From: Candidatus Moraniibacteriota bacterium
GTDB taxonomy: Bacteria; Patescibacteriota; Minisyncoccia; Moranbacterales; DUUL01
NCBI GenBank assembly: GCA_041583775.1
Contig: JBFHFF010000002.1
Coordinates: 128,274-192,273 of the forward strand
DNA: 64,000 nucleotides
Reading direction: 5' to 3'
The notes beneath the pieces were generated by a model. It was given only the letters and a program-made list of their open reading frames with translations, did not search any database and was not told the DNA's origin. Position 1 is the first letter of the stretch, and the number at the start of each line of letters is the position of its first letter. A program made the position numbers and the translations under genes. This document shows, in pieces, positions 29,281-36,256 of the stretch.

Positions 29281-30912
29281 TTAAAAAAATATTATTGATA
29301 AAAGAAGTATCCCATAAATAAAAATAATTGATAAAACCCACCAATTTAGGTTTTTTATTTTTATTTTTTTGTTATTTAAAATCCAATAATTAATCGCTCC
29401 AAAAAATATTGCAACAGGCCAAAGGTTTTTTTCATTTAAAACTATTATTGACATTAAATAGCTAATAAAAATTGTCGCTCCAAAGAAAAACCGTGCATTT
29501 TCCTCACCTAAAAGGGTTGGTATTGTTGTAACACTATTCTTTTTATCTCCTTCAATATCCTTAAGATCTTTCATTGGGATTAAAAGTGTATAAACAACAA
29601 ATAGAAATAAAGCTATCTTCCATGGGAAATTTTCCAAGGATTGCCCATTTGAAATTACAATAAAACCCATAAATAAAAACAAAAGTGATGCTGCAGAGGA
29701 AACAATGCTTGAAATAATTACAAACCTCTTTAATCTCATTGGTTTACAAGAATAGATCCAGGTTATTAATAAATAGACACACATTATTAAAAAAAACTTG
29801 GGTCCAACAATAATCGATGTTAAAAGAGACATTCCCATTGGAATAAGTGCTATATCTAAATATTCATTTTCTGAAAAAATTTTCTTAATTAGCGGTCTTT
29901 CTTTGTTTGTAATTTCATCTATTTTTTTATCCTCAATATCATTTATAAAAACAGAATAAAACCAGGCACAAAAAATTGAAATTAATAAATTAATCACCAC
30001 TAAAAAACTAAAAATATCAAAAGATATATTTTTTTTAAAATAAAAATAACCCATCATTAGCCCAATAACAAACAAACCGCTATTAAAAAACATTTGTGGA
30101 TATCTAACATTCTTCAATAGTGCAAAAAATTTCTCTTTACTTAAAATAAATTGTAAAAAAATTAAATTTATAAACAACACAACAGTATAAAAAAGTGATG
30201 CTCTAAAGTGAAGCGCTATCTTCATTGGTTTTTTATCAAAATCAAAAATTTCCATTGATGTTAAAAAGGTTGTTGCAACATCACTGCTTTTAATTTTTAA
30301 AATATTTTCTCCTGATAAACCTTCTATTAAAAATGTTAATAAACTGGGGAAAACAGCAAAAATATACAATATTGTGTATATAATTAAAGTTACAAAAACT
30401 CCTTTCATCCAACTTCTTTTTTTAATTCCTACATAAAATCCAAGCCCCACCATTGCTAAAAAAATTCCCGTCCTAGTTCCATATGTAATACCAAAAGAAG
30501 GATTATTACCAAAAAAAAGAAAAAATCTTTCCAAAACACCTAATGCGCTATCAAAAATATAAAAACTCCAAAAATCTTTTTCTCTAAAAATTAACTTATC
30601 GATAATTGGTGGCAACACCATCACCCACTGTCCCCATAATAAAAAAGTTGCTAATTTTGATATTTTTTCTTTAGTAAAAATAACCAAAAAAGTTAAAGTT
30701 GCAACATACACCATTAAAAAAAATAAAAAAGTTCCGTGCAATAAAGAACCTGTTAAAAAAGAAAAATTATATGTTTGTAAACCAAACAACATACTTTCAA
30801 TGAGATATCTAATTCCCACAATTGTCACAAAAGAAATTAAAATAGTTTTTATTGAAACAGGTCCCTCTTCTAAAAATGCAACACCTTTTTCAAATATTTT
30901 TATAATTTTCAT
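29281..30912 (-). CDS. Polytopic membrane protein with a C-terminal UbiA-family prenyltransferase domain (fusion)
   Basis: The C-terminal half has both Asp-rich UbiA motifs (INDIEDKKID and KDLKDIEGDKK). The N-terminal ~300 aa is a separate multi-TM domain with no match I recognise. Confidence 0.6.
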   Translation of the reverse strand: MKIIKIFEKGVAFLEEGPVSIKTILISFVTIVGIRYLIESMLFGLQTYNFSFLTGSLLHGTFLFFLMVYVATLTFLVIFTKEKISKLATFLLWGQWVMVLPPIIDKLIFREKDFWSFYIFDSALGVLERFFLFFGNNPSFGITYGTRTGIFLAMVGLGFYVGIKKRSWMKGVFVTLIIYTILYIFAVFPSLLTFLIEGLSGENILKIKSSDVATTFLTSMEIFDFDKKPMKIALHFRASLFYTVVLFINLIFLQFILSKEKFFALLKNVRYPQMFFNSGLFVIGLMMGYFYFKKNISFDIFSFLVVINLLISIFCAWFYSVFINDIEDKKIDEITNKERPLIKKIFSENEYLDIALIPMGMSLLTSIIVGPKFFLIMCVYLLITWIYSCKPMRLKRFVIISSIVSSAASLLFLFMGFIVISNGQSLENFPWKIALFLFVVYTLLIPMKDLKDIEGDKKNSVTTIPTLLGEENARFFFGATIFISYLMSIIVLNEKNLWPVAIFFGAINYWILNNKKIKIKNLNWWVLSIIFIYGILLLSIIFF

Positions 30913-31196
30913 TTATTTGTTTTAATAAATTTCACTATATTTTGTTTGATTTTTTTATTAATTTCAGTTGTCATTTTATTTCTCAATAACACAACCTCAC
31001 TCCTCCATGTTGATTTTGAAACTGATAAAAAAAGGATTCCGCCTTTCCAGTCACTAACTTTAATATTTTTTCTCCCTATATCACCAAACATATCTTGAAT
31101 AACCAAATCTGTTGTTTGTCTTAATATGTGTATATCAAAAGATAATTCAGAGCTGTTTTTTACTCTTTTTTTTAATAAAGTCTCAAAACTCTTCAT
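30909..31196 (-). CDS. DUF721/DciA-like small protein (putative replicative helicase loader/operator)
   Basis: 95 aa sitting immediately after dnaN in the conserved dnaA-dnaN-(recF)-DUF721 context. The C-terminal pattern LFLSVSKSTWRSEVVLLRNKMTTEINKKI resembles the DUF721 core. Confidence 0.5.
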   Translation of the reverse strand: MKSFETLLKKRVKNSSELSFDIHILRQTTDLVIQDMFGDIGRKNIKVSDWKGGILFLSVSKSTWRSEVVLLRNKMTTEINKKIKQNIVKFIKTNK

Positions 31197-31214
31197 TTTT
31201 TATTTTTCCAATCC

Positions 31215-32363
31215 CTAGGATTTTATAATCGGCATAATAACATAAGAAAAGGATTCATCAACCTCCCCTTTTGTTTTTATTCTTTTAAAAACCACTGGTG
31301 ATTTTTGTTTATTTAATTTTATTAAAACTTTTTCACAATCAAATAAAATACTAGACAAACCCTCGAGTATAAATCTACAGTTAAATAAAATTTCAAAATC
31401 AGTACCTGATATTTTTGCTGGTATCTTTGAGAGATTATCACCAGAATCCATTGATTGTGCAGTAATTAATAAGGCATCTAATTCTTTGGTATTTTTAAAA
31501 TTAACCTCTCCATTTTGAGAGTTTGTTACTAAAGAAGCAATTTTAACAGCATTTATCAGTTTTTCTTTCTCTACTTCAAGTTCTATATCAAACTTCTTGG
31601 GTAAAACCTGTTTATATTCAGGATAATTTCCATTTATCAATCTTGAAACTATTTTTATTTCACTTGTGCTTATGAATAATTGATTTTGTTCAATAACTAT
31701 ATTAATTTCTTCATCTCTTGCAATTCTTTGAACTTCCATTAACGCTAGTGCTGGAATAATGATTGCTGATTTTTTTTCTTTAAATGTTTCAAAACTCTCT
31801 TCGTCCTCAACTTCAATTCCATCAATATTAATTTCTGTTAATCTAAAACTATCAGTTGATGCTAATGTGATTGAGTTATTTTTAAATTTCATCAATATTC
31901 CATTTAATTCCTGTCTTGTGTCATTGTGAGCAACAGAAACGAGAACTCCTGAAATAGCTTTGTTTAATTTTTTAGGTTCAATGGAAAAAAATGATTCATC
32001 TGGAACATCTGGGATAATAGGAAAATCTTTTGCATCAATTCCTTTTATTTTTATTTTATGATTTTCTGTAGTTATTTTTAATTCCGATCCCTCAAGTTCA
32101 CCAGAAACAACCTCATCTTTTATGGTATTTAAAAAACCTCCAACAATTCTTGCAGGAATCGTTATACTTCCCTCTTTTTCTATTTTAGCTCCTATATAAA
32201 CCTTGATTGCTATCTCTAGATTTGTTGCAGCTAAAACCAATCTACCTTTTTCTGATGAAATTAATATATTTCCTAAAATTGGAAGTGTTGTTTGTTTTGA
32301 AACAATCCTTTCAACTTTTGATATCCCCTCTCTTAAATTAATCGCTTTGCAAGTAAATTTCAT
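31215..32363 (-). CDS. dnaN: DNA polymerase III beta sliding clamp
   Basis: N-terminal MKFTCKAINLREGISKVERIVSKQTTLPILGNILIS and a three-domain length (382 aa). Confidence 0.9.
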   Translation of the reverse strand: MKFTCKAINLREGISKVERIVSKQTTLPILGNILISSEKGRLVLAATNLEIAIKVYIGAKIEKEGSITIPARIVGGFLNTIKDEVVSGELEGSELKITTENHKIKIKGIDAKDFPIIPDVPDESFFSIEPKKLNKAISGVLVSVAHNDTRQELNGILMKFKNNSITLASTDSFRLTEINIDGIEVEDEESFETFKEKKSAIIIPALALMEVQRIARDEEINIVIEQNQLFISTSEIKIVSRLINGNYPEYKQVLPKKFDIELEVEKEKLINAVKIASLVTNSQNGEVNFKNTKELDALLITAQSMDSGDNLSKIPAKISGTDFEILFNCRFILEGLSSILFDCEKVLIKLNKQKSPVVFKRIKTKGEVDESFSYVIMPIIKS

Positions 32364-32644
32364 TTTCTGTAATTATTTAATAATATCTTTATATATATCT
32401 TATTATTATTATCTATTAGACAACAAAAGATGTGTATAAGTCTAATAAAAGCTTTAAATAAAAGTAAATTTCTGTCTATAAAACTAACACATAAAAAGAC
32501 AATGACTGTTAATGGATTTGTTGAAAACTCATTTTTTGATAAGAAAATAAGTTTTCGAAAAAGTTATTAACAAAAAAGAATAAATAACTAAACAATTAAA
32601 TAACAAACAGTAAACAAGTTTTAAACATACTTATTCACAAATTT
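32364..32644. promoter_or_regulatory. AT-rich dnaA-dnaN intergenic region with near-consensus DnaA boxes; candidate oriC segment
   Basis: TGTGTATAA at 32431..32439 and TTATTCACA at 32631..32639, each one mismatch from TTATCCACA/TGTGGATAA, in a 280-nt region of very high AT content. Confidence 0.4.
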
Positions 32645-34045
32645 TTAATATTCAATAAATTTTTCCTTTATAAATTTCAATTGATCTTTCATTAAAAGAT
32701 TATTTTCCAATTCCTTGTTTATTTTTTCATAACCATAAATTGCAGTAGAATGATCCCTTCCTCCCAAAGACTTTCCAATCTCAGGAAAGGATAAATTTAA
32801 TTCTTGTCTTAAAAAATAAATAACAATTTGTCTTGGTTTCACAACTTTTTTTTGACGAGATTTCCCAATAATTTCCTCAGGTTTTACATCATAAAAATCA
32901 GCCACAGACTTGATTATTTTTGAAACAGTTAAATCCTTTTGTCTATTAATAGAAATAACATCCTTTGTCATCTCAGTAACATCTTCAATTGTTGGTGTTG
33001 TATTCCTAAGTTGAAAAGTAACAATTATTTTATTTAAAGCACCTTCTAATTCTCGTACATTGTGGTAAATATTAATTGCTAAATATTCAACAACATCCTC
33101 GGGTATAGAAAAGTTTTTTTCAGACAATTTTTTATTTATAATAGCAATTCTTGTTTCTAAATCAGGTTTATTTACATCTGCCATCATCCCCCCCTCAAAA
33201 CGCGATCGTAAACGATCTTCAATTGTTGGAATTGATTTAGGAGCTCTATCAGAACTTAGGATAATTTGTTTTCCTAATTGATAAAGAGATTCAAAAATGT
33301 GAAAAAATTCCTCCTGAGTTTTTTCTTTTCCAGCCAAAAATTGAACATCATCAAGAATTAGAATATCTAAATCAATATAACTGTTTTTAAATTCCTTTGC
33401 TTTAGATTTTTGAATTGCATCCACAAGTTCATTTGTAAATCTTTCCATACTTACATAACGGATTTTAATGTTAGGGTTAAGTTTTCCCGCATAATTTCCC
33501 GTTGACTGTAAAAGGTGTGTTTTTCCAAGACCAACACCACCATAAATAAATAAAGGATTATAGTTTTTACCAGGAGCTTCAGCAATTGAACGACAAGCAG
33601 CATAAGCCAATTCATTATTTCCTCCAACAACAAAACTATCAAAAGAATATCTACTATTAAGATTTGACCTATAAATATTTTTTTGTGAGGTTGGATTTGT
33701 GAAAGAGCGTTGATTGTTGTTTATTTTTTTAATGTCAGCAACTGTATTAGTGTTTTGATTGATTTTTGGTTTTTTAATTCCATTTAAATCTGAAGGATCA
33801 GAGTTACCTATTCTACATGAAAGAGCGTTAATTTCTCTTCGATATTGTTGTACAGCGTCTATTATTTGTGTTTTATATTTTTTTTCCAGCCATTCTTTGG
33901 CAAAAATATTAGGAACAGAAACAATAAGTAAATTATCAGTGATACCAAAAATAGAGGTACTTTTAAACCATGTAGTAAAACTCGCCTTTGAAATTGATAG
34001 CTCCATTTCCCCCAACACAGCTTGCCACAGCTCCTCGTTGGTCAT
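32645..34045 (-). CDS. dnaA: Chromosomal replication initiator DnaA
   Basis: AAA+ Walker A (GGVGLGKTHLLQSTG), Walker B/sensor (LILDDVQFLAGKEKTQEEF) and the C-terminal DnaA-box-binding domain (GGRDHSTAIYGYEKI). Confidence 0.95.
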   Translation of the reverse strand: MTNEELWQAVLGEMELSISKASFTTWFKSTSIFGITDNLLIVSVPNIFAKEWLEKKYKTQIIDAVQQYRREINALSCRIGNSDPSDLNGIKKPKINQNTNTVADIKKINNNQRSFTNPTSQKNIYRSNLNSRYSFDSFVVGGNNELAYAACRSIAEAPGKNYNPLFIYGGVGLGKTHLLQSTGNYAGKLNPNIKIRYVSMERFTNELVDAIQKSKAKEFKNSYIDLDILILDDVQFLAGKEKTQEEFFHIFESLYQLGKQIILSSDRAPKSIPTIEDRLRSRFEGGMMADVNKPDLETRIAIINKKLSEKNFSIPEDVVEYLAINIYHNVRELEGALNKIIVTFQLRNTTPTIEDVTEMTKDVISINRQKDLTVSKIIKSVADFYDVKPEEIIGKSRQKKVVKPRQIVIYFLRQELNLSFPEIGKSLGGRDHSTAIYGYEKINKELENNLLMKDQLKFIKEKFIEY

Positions 34046-34113
34046 TTTTTTGTCTTTTAAATATTCACTTTTTCATTGTAGAGTAGTTTCTTTCTTTTAT
34101 CAATAAACTAAAA

Positions 34114-34132
34114 GCTTAAAAATGTGGATAAA
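34114..34132. promoter_or_regulatory. Perfect consensus DnaA box (TGTGGATAA) plus an adjacent degenerate box, upstream of dnaA
   Basis: TGTGGATAA at 34114..34122 is the reverse complement of TTATCCACA; TGTGGAAAA follows at 34124..34132. Both lie 70-90 nt upstream of the dnaA start codon. Confidence 0.6.
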
Positions 34133-34204
34133 CTGTGGAAAAAAGGAAAAACTTTTTATTTAAAAAGAAAAAATTGTCAAGTTTCAAAAAATTAAAATAA
34201 AAAA

Positions 34205-34233
34205 GGCCCCCATGGTTTTTAATCATGGGGGCC
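34205..34233 (-). terminator. Rho-independent terminator for the Sel1-repeat gene
   Basis: Perfect 10-bp stem GGCCCCCATG / CATGGGGGCC with a 9-nt loop, followed on the minus strand by a T-tract, 17 nt after the stop codon. Confidence 0.6.
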
Positions 34234-34249
34234 TAAAAGAACAAAAAAA

Positions 34250-35245
34250 TTATCTCCCCTTCTTCCAACTGGCAGTAAAGGTGCTTGATGATTGATTCAT
34301 GGAATATAAATATTCCATTTTTTTCAATCTGTTAATGTCAATTTTTGACAACTCGGGATTTTCATTCCCGGTTAAAATTTCATTATTTACCTGGAATATT
34401 ATCCTGGAAATGTACTCTTTTGCTAAATCATATCTTCCGGAGACCCCACAAGAATATGCAACTGCCTCCAGAAGCGTAAATCGCTCCTTGAAACCAAGAT
34501 ATTCTTGCCCATCAAATAATGATTCCCAGGCTCTTTTAGCAACTTTCTCGATATCGGGAATAGGATTTCTATTCTCAACTGAATGCATAATTTCACAAAC
34601 AGCTGATTGTCCAAAATCTCCCGTCGATGCAAAAGCGGCTTTTGCATCTTCATACTGCTGGAGTGTAAACAACAGCACTCCTATTTGGAAGCGGGTTATT
34701 TCCGCTCCAACTTCAAGTCCTTTTTCCAAAAAGTAGAGCGCTTCAGGGAGCGCTTCAGGATTTGGCTTGTTTTTTGAGCCTGAGCCCCCATAGTAAAGAT
34801 TTTTTGCTTTAACGAGATACTCAAAACCTTTTGGCACAGGCTTTAAATGGCAAAGAAGAGTACCTTTTTCGCTTTTTAGCTCGAAAACATCAGTACCCCT
34901 TTTTTTAGACAGATAAAGAGATATCGGCCCCTTTTTATTCCTGAGAACAAGGACTTCTCCCTCAGTTGTTTTCTTGAAAAAATAAGCTTCTCGAGGAACA
35001 TCCTCGAGGTCGTAAAACACAAAACCTTCTTGCCATTTGACCAGCCGAGATCTGGGGGTTTTTGGGCTTTCTCCATAGAATAACAAGAAGGATTTTCCAA
35101 CGATGTCTTCAGAGGAAACCGAAGAATTATCCCCACCTTCTTGTTTTTGTGAAAAAAATGCAAAACTATCTGTTGTCTGAAAACAACAAATTAAAAAAAG
35201 GGAGAAAAAAAATACACACAAAGAACTCAAATTTATTTTTTTCAT
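34250..35245 (-). CDS. Secreted Sel1/TPR-like repeat protein of noticeably higher GC than its neighbours; likely start MKKINLSS, with the longest ORF reaching 35281
   Basis: Signal-peptide-like N-terminus. Sel1-like repeats (LYYGGSGSKNKPNPEALPEALYFLEKGLEVGAEI... YEDAKAAFASTGDFGQSAVCEIM). Stretches near 50% GC against a ~30% background. Confidence 0.55.
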   Translation of the reverse strand: MKKINLSSLCVFFFSLFLICCFQTTDSFAFFSQKQEGGDNSSVSSEDIVGKSFLLFYGESPKTPRSRLVKWQEGFVFYDLEDVPREAYFFKKTTEGEVLVLRNKKGPISLYLSKKRGTDVFELKSEKGTLLCHLKPVPKGFEYLVKAKNLYYGGSGSKNKPNPEALPEALYFLEKGLEVGAEITRFQIGVLLFTLQQYEDAKAAFASTGDFGQSAVCEIMHSVENRNPIPDIEKVAKRAWESLFDGQEYLGFKERFTLLEAVAYSCGVSGRYDLAKEYISRIIFQVNNEILTGNENPELSKIDINRLKKMEYLYSMNQSSSTFTASWKKGR

Positions 35246-35580
35246 TAGAAGCACCTCTTTTTGTTGGTGGCTTTGAGCCAATTTGAAAGTTTAGATAACT
35301 AAACTATTTGTTTAATAAAAAGAACTTTACAGTAAAGAATAACAAGAAAAGTTGTTTTGTCAAGACATATTTATCTGTTTTTGTCAATAAAATATAACAA
35401 AAAAAGACAAAAATCATTAAAAAGCCTAAAGAAAGCTAAAAAATGAAAGAAAAAAATATGTTTTTTATTGACAAAAAATCTAAAAGAAGGTCTAATTATT
35501 GATAAAAATCTGAAAAAATTCACAAGATAATGAATATAAAATTATTAATTATTATAAATAAACTTTGTTTATAATAGAAT

Positions 35581-35884
35581 CTTATATTGTTCCATGTGGA
35601 ACAATATAAGATGACTTGAAATGTAGAAGGAATCATTTGAATTACAAAATTAAAGAAAGAAGATTTTTTTAAAGATTTTGAGAAATATTGAAAAAGTAAA
35701 CAATTGTTCTATGTGGAACAATTGTTTATTGTGTTAATTATAATTGTTCCACATAGAACATAATATTGATAATAAAGAAATAACAAAGAATAATAGAAAT
35801 AATTAAAAATAGTGAGTGTTTTAATTAAAAAATAATAAAATGTTTCTAAAATATTATCCCTAAATGTTCCATGTGGAACATTGA
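35581..35884. repeat. Four copies of a 16-bp palindromic motif TGTTCCAYRTGGAACA spread over an 800-nt AT-rich non-coding region
   Basis: The four copies are CTTATATTGTTCCA-TG-TGGAACAATATAAG at 35581..35610 (a 14-bp perfect inverted repeat), CAATTGTTCTATGTGGAACAATTG at 35701..35724, TTGTTCCACATAGAACAT around 35744..35761, and AATGTTCCATGTGGAACATT at 35863..35882. Confidence 0.65.
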
Positions 35885-36084
35885 AGAGTGTTAAGATTAA
35901 TAAAAGAATATAAATTCAAAACATAAAAAAGAATACTATAAAAAAGCGTTTAAAAGTATTTTTAAAAATAAATTAAAAAAACAAAAACAATGAAATTGAT
36001 TTTTTAAGCATTTTGTTGTATACAAGATGAAGGGAGTTAAATAAATCGTAAAATAAAGAAAGTTTTATTTAAAAATCCGTGATT

Positions 36085-36157
36085 GGGGATATAGCTCAGT
36101 TGGTAGAGTGCTCCCATGGCATGGGAGAGGTCTGGGGTTCAACTCCCCATATCTCCA
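36085..36157 (+). tRNA. tRNA-Ala (anticodon GGC), no encoded CCA
   Basis: Manual cloverleaf: acceptor GGGGATA/TATCTCC with a G3:U70 pair, anticodon loop AT-GGC-AT, T-loop TTCAACT, discriminator A. Confidence 0.85.
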
Positions 36158-36169
36158 CATTAAAAAATT

Positions 36170-36241
36170 GCCCCCGTAGTTCAATGGATAGAACAAGGGA
36201 CTCCTAAGCCTTAGATGTAAGTTCGATTCTTGCCGGGGGCA
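36170..36241 (+). tRNA. tRNA-Arg (anticodon CCT), no encoded CCA
   Basis: Acceptor GCCCCCG/CGGGGGC is perfect. Anticodon loop CT-CCT-AA, T-loop TTCGATT. One A-G mismatch closes the anticodon stem. Confidence 0.7.
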
Positions 36242-36256
36242 CATTTATATAGAAGT

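Noticed and set aside
35581-35884. Calling the four palindromes canonical DnaA boxes
   Set aside because: The half-site TGTTCCA(C/T)(A/G) matches TTATCCACA at only 5-7 of 9 positions, while genuine near-perfect boxes exist next to dnaA. Their dyad symmetry suggests a different dimeric binder instead.
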